Below, piece by piece: positions 13,005 to 26,100 of a stretch of DNA of 64,000 nt (positions are counted from its first letter, which is position 1; each line of letters opens with the position of its first letter). The stretch lies in the NCBI GenBank assembly GCA_002269645.1, contig NIVC01000992.1:248001-312000 (forward strand). Direction: 5' to 3'. The notes below the pieces were generated by a model. That model saw only the letters and a program-made list of their open reading frames with translations, searched no databases and was not told the origin of the DNA. The position numbers and the translations under genes were made by a program. The DNA is from Macrostomum lignano (taxonomy: Eukaryota).

Positions 13005-14040
13005 AAAATTACAGGTGCGCTAAATTATTTAGCCAAACCCCTGCAGAGTAATTACAGGTGCGCTAAATTAATTAACGAATCCCCCACAGAGTAATTACAG
13101 GTGTAATTAGTCAAACCCGCAGAGTAGTTACAGGTGTACTAAATTAATTAACCAAACCCCCGCAGAGTAATTACAGGTGTAATTAGTTAAACCCCTGCAG
13201 AGTAATTACAGGTAAACTAAATTAATCAACCAACCTCCGCAGAGTAGTTACAGGTGTACTAAATCAATTAGCCAAACCCCTGCATAGTAATTACAGGTGT
13301 ACTAAATCAATTAGCCAAACCCCTGCATAGTAATTACAGGTGTACTAAATCAATTAGCCAACCCCCTGCATAGTAATTACAGGTGTACTAAATCAATTAG
13401 CCAACCCCCTGCAGAGTAATTACAGGTGTACTAAATCAATCAATTAGCCAAACCCCTGCAGAGTAATTACAGGTGTACTAAATCAATTAGCCAACCCCTG
13501 CAGAGTAATTACAGGTGTACTAAATCAATTAGCCAACCCCCTGCAGAGTAATTACAGGTGTACTAAATCAATTAGCCAACCCCCTGCAGAGTAATTACAG
13601 GTGTACTAAATCAATCAATTAGCCAAATCCCTGCATAGTAATTACAGGTGTACTAAATCAATTAGCCAACCCCCTGCAGAGTAATTACAGGTGTACTAAA
13701 TCAATTAGCCAAACCCCTGCATAGTAATTACAGGTGTACTAAATCAATTAGCCAACCCCCTGCAGAGTAATTACAGGTGTACTAAATTAATTAGCCAAAC
13801 CCCTGCATAGTAATTACAGGTGTACTAAATCAATTAGCCAACCCCCTGCAGAGTAATTACAGGTGTACTAAATCAATTAGCCAACCCCCTGCAGAGTAAT
13901 TACAGGTGTACTAAATCAATTAGCCAACCCCCTGCAGAGTAATTACAGGTGTACTAAATCAATCAATTAGCCAATTCTCGCAGAGTAATTACAGGTGTAC
14001 TAAATCAATTAGCCAACCCCCTGCAGTGTAATTAAAGGTG
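13005..14040 (+). repeat. 43-bp minisatellite just 3' of the PI3K stop codon
   Basis: Unit CAGAGTAATTACAGGTGTACTAAATCAATTAGCCAACCCCCTG; period 43 at 13501/13544. Confidence 0.95.
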
Positions 14041-14110
14041 CACTAAATCAAACCCATTTGATTACAATATTAAACCAGTCGCACAAATAGAATCTTCACA
14101 GGCTCAAAAA

Positions 14111-17100
14111 TCAGGCAGAACCGGCGGGAAACTTCAGCAATTCGTAGTGCACGCACTCGTCAAGGTACTTGGACAATGGCACGCACAATCGATGCAACTC
14201 CCTGGCCGAATGTATGGCAGGGTTAATCCACACGGCTATGGACAGTTGCTTGTGCGACAGCTCTCTACGATTCAACGAATAGGTGACGACATTCTCTGTC
14301 ACTAGGAAATGGTTCCGCCTGCCGGACAGCTCGTCCTGACAGAAACGGATTTTCTGCTTCGATCGCCGATCCGGCCCGGGCAACAGGTAGAGTTTTAAAT
14401 AAAGACTGCCGCCCGATAGCTGAGCAGTGCTGCTTAAGTTGGTCAGGTATTCTACGCTGATGTACAGAGTCTCCGATTTGGCTTCGTATAGAAAACCGGC
14501 CTGGTTGGAGCAACGGGGGAACAGGTGTTAGGTGTTTGATGGAGCGGCTGCAGGTGTGGGAGTGACTGCTAGTTAAGAGACGTCAGATAGGAGAAGGTGT
14601 CAGGTAGGTGTCAGATAGAAAAGGGTCAGGTAGAGAGGGGCCAGGTATAAAATTGTCAGGTAGAGAAGTGTTAGATACAAAAATTATCAGGTAGAGAGGT
14701 GTCAGGTGTCAGGTGAAGAGGTGTCAGGTAGAGAGAGGTCAGGTATAAAAGTGTCAGGTAGAGAGGTGTCAGATAGAAAAGTGTCAGTTAGAGAGGTGTC
14801 ATATAGAAAAGTTTCAGGTAGAGAGGTGTCAGATAGAAAAGTGTCAGGTAGAGAGGTGTCAGATAGAAAAGTGTCAGGTAGAAAAGTGTCAGGTAGAAAA
14901 GTGTCAGGTAGTGAGGTGTCAGGTAGAAAAGTGTCAGGTAGAGAGGGTTCAGGTAGAAAAGCGTCAGATAGAAAAGTGTCAGGTAGAGAGGTGTCAGGTA
15001 GAGAGGTGTCAGATAGAGAGGTGTCAGGTAGAAAAGTTTCAGGTAGAGAGGTGTCAGATAGAAAAGTGTCAGGTAGAGAGGTGTCAGATAGAAAAGTGTC
15101 AGGTAGAAAAGTGTCAGGTAGAAAAGTGTCAGGTAGTGAGGTGTCAGGTAGAAAAGTGTCAGGTAGAGAGGGTTCAGGTAGAAAAGCGTCAGATAGAAAA
15201 GTGTCAGGTAGAGAGGTGTCAGGTAGAGAGGTGTCAGATAGAGAGGTGTCAGGTAGAAAAGTGTCAGGTAGAAAAGTGTCAGAAAGAAAAGTGTCAGGTA
15301 GAAAAGTGTCAGGTAGAAAAGTGTCAGGTAGAGAGGTGTCAGAGGTAAGATGTCATAGATTAGGGGCAAATAGAATTAGCTCATAATAAAAAGTGAGTAA
15401 TTATTTCATAAAAATGCGTGAAACTACATCACATGCAAATGCCAGGTGCAACGGCCTAACATAACATAAAAAAGCTCCAACCAAACCAACTAATGGGGAC
15501 AGTCCAACACCAGTCGTTAGGTCCGAAACAAGAGCGAGTGCCAATCACGCCAGTGCACGAAGGATCATCAGAAGTTATACATAAATATATACGCGCCAAG
15601 CTAACTAACAAGCTGTCAAAATGAGTCAGGTGTGAAGATCGAGAGGCAAAAAAAAACACAGCACAGGGGAAAAAACGTCTTGCCTGAGATGCACAATCGC
15701 GTCTTCAAAACAGTAAGATGCACACATTGGATTGCAAAGCATGTTCTCTTAGCCACTTTTACACGTGAAGCCCGAAAATTTATGTTAGTTACAGGTAATA
15801 AATATTGTAGGATGATTATTGAACATTTAGACTCTTAGAGAGGGATTTGGACATAAAAGAGAGGGAGATTTGGGTTAAAAGTAAGGAAGCTTTGGGGATA
15901 AAAGTATGGGAGATTTAGGGATAAAAGTATGGGAGATTTGAGGATAAAAGTGGAGATTTGGTGTTAAAAGTTAGGGAGATATAGGGATAAAAGTGACGGG
16001 AGATTTGAGGATAAAAGTATAGGGGATTTGGGGATAAAGTGGCGGAGATTTGGGGATAAAAGTGGCGGAGATTTGGGGATAAAAGTATGGGAAATTTAGG
16101 GATAAAAGTATGGGAGATTTAAAGTACGGGAGATTTAGGGATAAAAGTAAGGAAGATTTGAGGATAAAGGTGGAGATTTGGTGATAAAAGTGGAGGGGGA
16201 TTTGGGATAAAGTGGCGGAGATTTGGGGATAAAAGTGGCGGAGATTTGGGGATAAAAGTATGGGAAATTTAGGGATAAAAGTATGGGAGATTTAAAGTAC
16301 GGGAGATTTAGGGATAAAAGTAAGGAAGATTTGAGGATAAAGGTGGAGATTTGGTGATAAAAGTGGAGGGGGATTTGGGGATAAAGTGGCGGAGATTTGG
16401 GGATAAAAGTGGCGGAGATTTGGGGATAAAAGTATGGGAAATTTAGGGATAAAAGTATGGGAGATTTAAAGTACGGGAGATTTAGGGATAAAAGTAAGGA
16501 AGATTTGAGGATAAAGGTGGAGATTTGGTGATAAAAGTGGAGGGGGATTTGGGGATAAAGTGGCGGAGATTTGGGGATAAAAGTGGCGGAGATTTGGGGA
16601 TAAAAGTATGGGAAATTTAGGGATAAAAGTATGGGAGATTTAAAGTACGGGAGATTTAGGGATAAAAGTATGGGAGATTTAGGGATAAAAGTAAGGAAGA
16701 TTTGAGGATAAAGGTGGAGATTTGGTGATAAAAGTGGAGGGGGATTTGGGGATAAAAGTGGCGGAGATTTGGGGATAAAAGTGACAGGAGATTCGGGAAT
16801 AAAAGTGACATGGTAGTACAGGCTGCCGAAAGCTGGGAAAAAGTTGAGATTCTATATTATTAAAGCGAGCGTGCAGACACAGACATGCGGAAAAATATCG
16901 ACAAAAACAGCAGGTTTTAACGAAAGAATTTAGCTGCCAAAGTAGCACAGGGATTATCAGGGCTAAAGTGTTTGCTAAGAACCTCTTTTCTCGAGAAGCT
17001 AAGCTGTAAAGCAGCCATCATCTATCGCCAGGAGAAGATGTGTGAAGGTGTGAAGCTGAGTAGCTATAAATCCAATACCTTCCCTAAAAACTAATAATAA

Positions 17101-20100
17101 TTATTGATGAGGCCAACCTGTCAAAACCTCCATTCCAACGCATCCTTCACTCATTAATCATGAATAGGTGTGCAAAGCTTCTCTTTAAATTCAAACTTTA
17201 GATTTTCTAATTCTGAGTCAGAGAGCTCTTTGAACTGTGAAGCAGGAAGTTGACTGTTTTCAATATTACTATGATTTTGTTACAATTACACTCGTATACT
17301 TTTTTAATTTATCGCCTTTTTATTAACTACAGATAAAAGAGATCTAAATTGAGTGCATTTATACTACTATTATTTAAGAAGGTAGTAGTGTAATGACGAA
17401 TAGTGAGCAAAACTATTCTTCAGATTAAAAATTACAAACAAGGACTTTTAGACTGTCGGTTCATGCGTTAAAAATAGAATAAAAAACGAGTGACTGATAA
17501 AAATGTGAGTGAGTGAACGAATGAATGAGTAAATATGAGAGTGATTGAGTGAGTGAGTGAATAAGTGAGTGACTGAATGAGTGAGTGAGTGAACTAACGA
17601 CTAAGTTAAAATATGTGAGTGAATGAGTGAACGAATGCCTGAGTAAATAAGAGAGTGAGTGACTGAATGGGTGAGGGAGTGACTGAGTAAATATGTGAGT
17701 GAGTGAGTGAATAAGTGAGTGACTGAATGAGTGAGGGAGTGACTGAGTAAATATGTGAGTGAGTGAGTGAGTGAGTGAATAAGTGAGTGACTGAATGAGT
17801 GAGGGAGTGACTAAGTAAATATGTGAGTGAGTGAGTGAGTGAACGAATGCCTGAGTGAATATGAGAGTGAGTGACTGAGTAAATACGAGAGTGAGTGAAC
17901 GAATGACTGAGTAAATAGGAGTGAGTGAACGAATGACTGAGTAAATAGGAGTGAGCGAACGAATGACTGAGTAAATAGGAGTGAGTGAACGAATGACTGA
18001 GTAAATAGGAGTGAGCGAACGAATGACTGAGTAAATAGGAGTGAGTGAGTGCGTAAATTAGTGAATAATTAATAAAAGTGCCCAACCTTTAGGCTGGGCT
18101 GCTCCCATAGCCGTGAGTCTGCAAGCTGATCCGGTGCCCCGGCTCGCCGCCCAGCTGCGGTTCGCAGTCGGTATAGAAGGCCGAGCTGAGCGAGTCATCA
18201 ACATTGGGGTGCAGCAGCGAGTACAGCAGATCGGACCGGCCGATGCCATCAACGGTGAGCAGGTCAGTCAACCAGCTCTCCAACACCGCGGCCGTCTCTT
18301 CGGCTGTGTCCGCCTTCGACAGGCCGTCCGGAAACGGCTGTCCGGACATGACGGCCGGGTAAGCCGACCGGGCCGCCGTCCAGAACCGGGCGATGTCGTC
18401 GCGAGACAGCTGGACTCGGCCGGTGGAGCCGCCACGACGCCGAACTGAAAATAGAAACTGCAACTGCTGCTGCTGTTGCTGTTGGCTGTTCGAGCTTCGA
18501 ACTCGGACATCTATAGAGTCGGGCATAGACGGACCGAGAGCTCGGATGGCGGTCACTTCAACAATTTCGCCGTCTTGACGTATGCTGTGCCTTAGCGTCT
18601 CAGTTGATGGCGAGGATTGAGATTGCTGCTGCTGCTGCTGCTCAGGATTGAACATTGTGTGAATTCGAAAATTCAACTCGGCACTGTCGTCGCGAAGGCA
18701 TTTGTCTAGCAGGACGGTGAGCTTGCGGCCAGCCTGCAGCTCGTTAAGCGACAGCTCCAGACGGGCTTGCACGTATTCGATGCCTTCTAGGTTGAACCTG
18801 AGCCCGTTGTTTCGGGGGGGGGTGCGTGTTTGAAGTAAAGTCTACCTGCCCAGTCACTATTGCTAAATTATCCCACTCTTAATCCCTAATTATCCAAACA
18901 TTAGTTCCCAATTTTTCCAAATTTAATTCCTAACTATCCCAATTTTAATTCCAATCATCCCAATCTTAATCTTCAAATATTTCTATATTAATTCCCAATT
19001 ATCTCAATATTAATCCCAAAATTATCCGAATCTTAACCCCTAATAATCCCAATCATAATCCCGAATTATCTTAAACTTAATCCCCAATTATCCCAATCAT
19101 AATTCCCCAATTTTCCCAATCATGATCCCAATTATCCCAATCCTAATCTTCAAATATTCCAATCCTAACATCAAATATCCCAATATTAATCCCCAATTAT
19201 CCCAATCATAATCCCGAATTACCCCAATCTTAATTCTGATTATCCCAATCATAATCCCGAATTATCCCAATCTTAATTCTGATTATCCCAATATTACAAA
19301 TGTAATCCCCAAGATTATCCTAGGATAAGCCGGCTTATTCCTCAGTTATCCCAATCTTAATCCAGATTATCCCAGCTAGAATCCCCCAATTATGCAAGTC
19401 ATCTGAAATACCTCACTCACCTGGGGATATTAGCCGGCAGCATAAGCTTAATCATGGTCAACAATAGAATAGAATTTCTCCGCAATATATTGAAGGCGTC
19501 AACGCAGTGCGTGATGAATTGAAAATACCGAGGCGTGACGGCCAGAGTGCCGCCATTAATAGCGTAGAACATGTCCTTAGTGAACACCATCGGCACTCTG
19601 TCGCGAGACACGCCGAGAAATTTCTCGGAATCGCCCAACAATTTGGCGAAGTCGATGTGGAACAGGTGGCCGGTGTGGCACAGCATGATGTTGTCATTGT
19701 GCCGATCGCACACCCCCAGCACGTAGGTTATGACCAGCCAACCGGCGAGGGAGCGCGTGAATGTGTCGACGGCAGAGCTGCGATGGGATTATTATGGGAG
19801 GGGGATAAATTTGACTGTTATGAACGACTGAATCATAAAATCCTAATTGAGTTCGGACATACAAAATATCCCATCCGATTTTCCACACCCTAAAAAGTCC
19901 CATCCGATTACCCACACCCCAAAAAATCCCATCCGATTTCCCACACCCTAAGAAATCCCATCCGATTTCCCACACCCTAAGAAATCCCATCCGATTTCCC
20001 ACACCCTAAGAAATCCCATCCGATTTCCCACACCCTACGAAATCCCATCCGATTTCCCACACCCTAAGAAATCCCATCCGATTTCCCACACCCTAAGAAA

Positions 20101-23100
20101 TCCCATCCGATTTCCCACACATAAAAAATCCCATCCGATTTCTCACACCCTAAGAAATCCCATCCGATTTCCCACACCCTAAGAAATCCCATCCGATTTC
20201 CCACACATAAAAAATCCCATCCGATTTCTCACACCCTAAGAAATCCCATCCGATTTCCCACACCCTAAGAAATCCCATCCGATTTCTCACACCCTAAGAA
20301 ATCCCATCCGATTTCCCACACCCTAAGAAATCCCATCCGATTTCCCACACCCTAAGAAATCCCTTCCGATTTCCCACACATAAAAAATCCCATCCGATTT
20401 CCCACACCCTAAGAAATCCCATCCGATTTTCTACACCCCAAGAAATCCCATCCCATTTCCCACACATAGAAATCTCATTAAACTTTCCACACCCCAACAA
20501 ATCCCATCCCATTTCCCACACATAGAAATCTCATTAAACTTTCCACACCCCAACAAATCCCATCCGATTTCCCACACCCCAAGAAATCCCATCCCATTTT
20601 CCACACATAAAAATCTCATTAATAAACTTTCCACACCCCAAAAAATCCCATCCGATTTCCCACACCCTAAGAAATCCCATCCGATTTCCCACACATAAAA
20701 AATCCCATCCGATTACCCACACCCTAAGAAATCCCATCCGATTACCCACACCCTAAGAAATCCCATCCGATTTCCCACACATAAAAAATCCCATCCGATT
20801 ACCCACACCCTAAGAAATCCCATCCGATGTCCCACACCCCATTCCAATCCCTACAAGCTCATACCTGAGCTCGCTCTCAGTCCTGTTGTGCTTCCTCAGC
20901 CAGTCGAAGACGCAGGCGGCGCCAAACGAAGTCTTAAACTCGAGGTGAATATTTTTCAACGATTTACAATCTGTCACTAATTCAACAAATCCCGCATCGG
21001 CGGAGGTGGGGAACACGCGGAACAGAAGCATGCGCAGGTCCAGGCCCTCTTTGCGCCAGATTAAGTTGAACAGGTAGGTCATCTGCAAGCACAAGGCGTC
21101 TATGCTTAGATTGTCGCCTTTCTTGTAGATGACGGACAGAAGCTGCTGGGCGTCGGACTCGTGAAACGGCTGGAACACCAGGCGCAGAGGCATGGTCTTC
21201 GAGGAGAAGAACGAGCAGCGAGGTATGGAAATGCTTCGGGCCAGTAGCGACATGTCGTGCGGCAGGCGGAAGTGTGACCACCGGCTCAGCATGGGCTGGA
21301 TCTGAGGGACCGGCGTGCAGGGGATCATGAGGTATTGGGATTCAGGTGATTCAGGTTCAGGTGATGCTTAGCTAATGGTTTAGGTGATTGTAGTGCACTG
21401 CTATTGCGGGTCTCTCCTTCGCTCTCTCACTTTAGCCTTCCCCCACGTGCGTGTATGCCCTCACACTGTTACGCAACAGTGGCACGTTGTGCTCACTAGC
21501 TCGTTGTGCTCACTAGTATATATATATGCTTAAATATACGGCCATGAGAGCCCAGCTTCTGCACTTACACAAGCGCACTACAATGATGCTTAGCTAGGGC
21601 TCAGGTGATGCTTAGCTAATGGTTCAGGTGATGCTTAGCTAGGGTTCAGGTGATGCTTAGCTAATGGTTCAGGTGATGCTTAGCTAGGGCTCAGGTGATG
21701 CTTAGCTAATTGTTTAGGTGATGCTTAGCTAATGGTTCAGGTGATGCTTAGCTAATGGTTCAGGTGATGCTTAGCTAATGGTTCAGGTGATGCTTAGCTA
21801 GGGTTCAGGTGATGCTTAGCTAATTGTTTAGGTGATGCTTAGCTAGGGCTCAGATGATGCTTAGCTAGGGCTCAGGTGATACTTAATTAGCTACGGTTCA
21901 GGTGATGCTTAGCTAGGGCTCAGGTGATGCTTAGCTAGGGCTCAGGTGATGTTTAGCTAGGGTTCAGGTGATGCTTAGCTAGGGTTCAGGTGATGCTTAG
22001 CTAGGGTTCAGGTGATGCTTAGCTAGGGCTCAGGTGATGCTTAGCTAATGGTTCAGGTGATGCTTAGCTAGGGTTCAGGTGATGCTTAGCTAGGGCTCAG
22101 GTGATGCTTAGCTAATGGTTCAGGTGATGCTTAGCTAGGGCTCAGGTGATGCTTAGCTAATGGTTCAGGTGATGCTTAGCTAATGGTTCAGGTGATGCTT
22201 AGCTAATGGTTCAGGTGATACTTAATTAGCTACGGTTCAGGTGATGCTTAGCTAGGGCTCAGGTGATGCTTAGCTAGGGCTCAAGTGATGCTTAGCTAGG
22301 GTTCAGGTGATGCTTAGCTAGGGTTCAGGTGATGCTTAGCTAGGGTTCAGGTGATGCTTAGCTAGGGCTCAGGTGATGCTTAGCTAATGGTTCAGGTGAT
22401 GCTTAGCTAGGGTTCAGGTGATGCTTAGCTAGGGCTCAGGTGATGCTTAGCTAATGGTTCAGGTGATGCTTAGCTAGGGCTCAGGTGATGCTTAGCTAAT
22501 GGTTCAGGTGATGCTTAGCTAATGGTTCAGGTGATGCTTAGCTAATGGTTCAGGTGATGCTTAGCTAATGGTTCAGGTGATGCTTAGCTAGGGTTCAGGT
22601 GATGCTTAGCTAGAGGTTCAGGTGATGCTTAGCTAGGGATTCAGGTGATGCTTAGCTAGGGATTCAGGTGATGCTTAGCTAGAAGCTCAGGTGATGCTTA
22701 GCTAGAGGTTCAGGTCCTAGTAAGGATTCTTCAGGCGATTCTCAACTAGAGAGTTTAAACGATGCACTTTGATAGGTCTTAGTATTCGGAATAGTTCACC
22801 TTCATACAGAGTTCATCCCGGAACTGCTCCACAGATTTGTGAGTCTGCAAACGCACTGCCACAGGCTCCAGAGCGTCGATAAGCTGCTCCTGATGCGCCC
22901 ACTCGGTTTCTACGCAAGCGCCGCACAGGTGCCTCAGAGCGGCACTAATTAGAGTTAACCGTCTACGCTGATGCCGACTATCCAGGTTAGATAGCAGCTT
23001 CAATTGCCAATAGAATGTGCTGGCAAAAGCTGGCGAATGCACCGACATAATTAACAATCGGCATAACAGACTAGTCGAGCATAGGTGCGGTTGGCATAGC

Positions 23101-26100
23101 AACGCTTGAGTCATCTGCGGCAGATAGCGCTCCATCTCGTCCGGCTGCAAGCTGGTGAACAGGTGACGAACGGCGAACTCTCGAACTTCGATATCGGCGA
23201 ATTCTGGGCCGAGTAGTTGAAGCAGAGGAGCCAACGGCGTGTCCGCCGGCTGATCAATCGAGGTCCAACGCTCTTGCCAAGCGGTTAAGCAGCGATAGAT
23301 TTGCGGCAATAAATCAGATTTGTAACTGGGAAACGAAAGCAGCACTTGCGGTAGAGAGTTGGCGAAATTAGCTAGAAATATGCTGCGCTTAGATAGCACG
23401 ATGGTCCGGTCTTTATCCGTAAGTTGGCTGCGGGATGGGGTTGATGCTGTGAGCTTGCGACTGTACATTGCGTGAATGTAAATCGGGGGTGAGGGATCGG
23501 GCGGGTTGGTTAACTGAATGTACATCGGGGGTGAGAGATTGGGCGGCTTGGTTAACTGAATGTACATAGGGGGTGAGAGATTGAGCGGCTTGGTTAAATG
23601 AATGTACATTCAGGGTGAGGGATTGAGCGGCTTGGTTAACTGAATGTACATTCAGGGTGAGGGATTGAGCGGCTTGGTTAACTGAATGTACATTCAGGGT
23701 GAGGGATTGAGCGGCTTGGTTAACTGAATGTACATTGGGGTAGGGGAGTGGGCGGGTTGGTTAACTGAATGTACATTGGGGGTGAGGGATTGAGCGGCTT
23801 GGTTAACTGAATGTACATTCAGGGTGAGGGATTGGGCGAGTCGGTAAGCTGAATGTACATTGGTGGCGACTGCATGAAAAGTCCGCCAACGCACCTCTCG
23901 GTGAACTTGCGATTAACAATCCGATGAAAGTTGTCAATATCCTCGCCAGTCATTGGGTCCATGCCGCTCCAGTCGCCGCTGTACAATTTGGAGTCGTAGA
24001 ACCAATCGGCAGGCGGAAACACAATCCTTAACGGTTGGTTGTCACCTTTTCTACGATAATTAGGCATTCGAACGTGCAGCAATAGGGTGCAGGAATTGGC
24101 GTCCTGGTGGCACATGTTGGTCTCGCAGGTTGAATTCCAGGACGCTTTGTTGCGATCGTTCCACATTGGCAGCAGATAGGAGCCCTGCTTCAGAGCTCCC
24201 TAGGATCAGTGACGGGATATGGGATGGGAATATATAATAGCAATGCAAGATTGGCGCTTCGCTTAGTATATTCGTAGATCCTAGGACGCATCAGATATGC
24301 GCCACGAGACACAAGATAGACGCTAAAAATATAGATTGAAGCTGAGACACACGAGTTAAACACCTAATCTCACAAGAAAAACACAAAGACACACGAGATA
24401 AAGACAAAGACACGCGGGATAAGTACAGACACGCGGGAGAAGTACAGAGACACGCAGGATAAGCACAGACACATGAGATAAGCACAAAGACACGCGGGAT
24501 AAGCACAAAGACACGCGGGATAAGCACAAAGACACATGAGATAAGCACAAAGACACGCGGGATAAGCACAAAGACACATGAGATAAGTACAAAGACACGA
24601 GAAAGCTAGGCAGGAGTTTCGGACACACCTTGGCGTCAAACAGCCTCAATCGAACCCATCCGATGGCTTCGTTATTGCGGAAAGTCTCCGGCGTTGGCTC
24701 GCTGCTGTGCACCTGACCGAAGAGCGTGAATGATAGAACTGTTTCACGGGGAAGGCTAGACACCTGTGACCGGTCGAAGGTGAGCTGGGCCGACTCTCGC
24801 CAGTCTGAATTTAATTATAAGGGACATGCAATGCCAGCAATAGGATTAAATGTACAAAATGGATGAGATGGTGCCAATGATACTAAGCCATTTATGACAC
24901 TGATTAGTAATAATTTTACATAGCAGATGTACAGTATGACATGAAATAGTATAGCATATAGCACATTAATTAAGAATTAAGAAACTGATAAATGATACAC
25001 TGATACATGATACCTAGGTACACTAGACCCTAATACATGATACACATGAAACATAGATATACAAGACACTGATAGATAGACACACAAGACACTGATAGAT
25101 AGACACACAATACACTGATAGATAGACACACAAGACACTGATAGATAGACACACAAGACACTGATAGATAGACACACAAGACACTGATAGATAGACACAC
25201 AAGACACTGATAGATAGACACACAAGACACTGATAGATAGACACACAAGACACTGATAGATAGACACACAAGACACTGATAGATAGACACACAAGACACT
25301 GATAGATAGACACACAAGACACTGATAGATAGACACACAAGACACTGATAGATAGACACACAAGACACTGATAGATAGACACACAAGACACTGATAGATA
25401 GACACACAAGACACTGATAGATAGACACACAAGACACTGATAGATAGACACACAAGACACTGATACATGATACACAGATACACACAAGACACTGATAGAT
25501 GATACAGATACGAGCGTACACACAAGACACTGATAGATGATACAGATACACATAAGACACTGATACATGATACACAGATACACACAAGACACTGATAGAT
25601 GATACAGATACACACAAGACACTGATACATGATACACAGATACACACAAGACACTGATAGATGATACAGATACACACAAGACACTGATACATGATACACA
25701 GATACACACAAGACACTGATACATGATACCTAGACACATAAGACACTGATACATGATACCTAGACACATAAGACACTGATACATGATACACATAAGACAC
25801 TGATACATGATACACATACACATAAGACACTGATACATGATACACATATACACACAAGACACTGATACATGATACCTAGACACACAGGACACTGATAGAT
25901 AGACACACAAGACACTGATAGATAGACACACAAGACACTGATAGATAGACACACAAGACACTGATAGATAGACACACAATACACTGATAGATAGACACAC
26001 AAGACACTGATAGCTAGACACACAAGACACTGATAGATAGACACACAAGACACTGATAGATAGACACACAAGACACTGATAGATAGACACACAAGACACT

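Noticed and set aside
13005-14040. CRISPR-like regular 43-bp repeats (also the 42-bp and 70-bp arrays)
   Set aside because: Units are head-to-tail with no unique spacers, there are no cas genes, and the context is eukaryotic.
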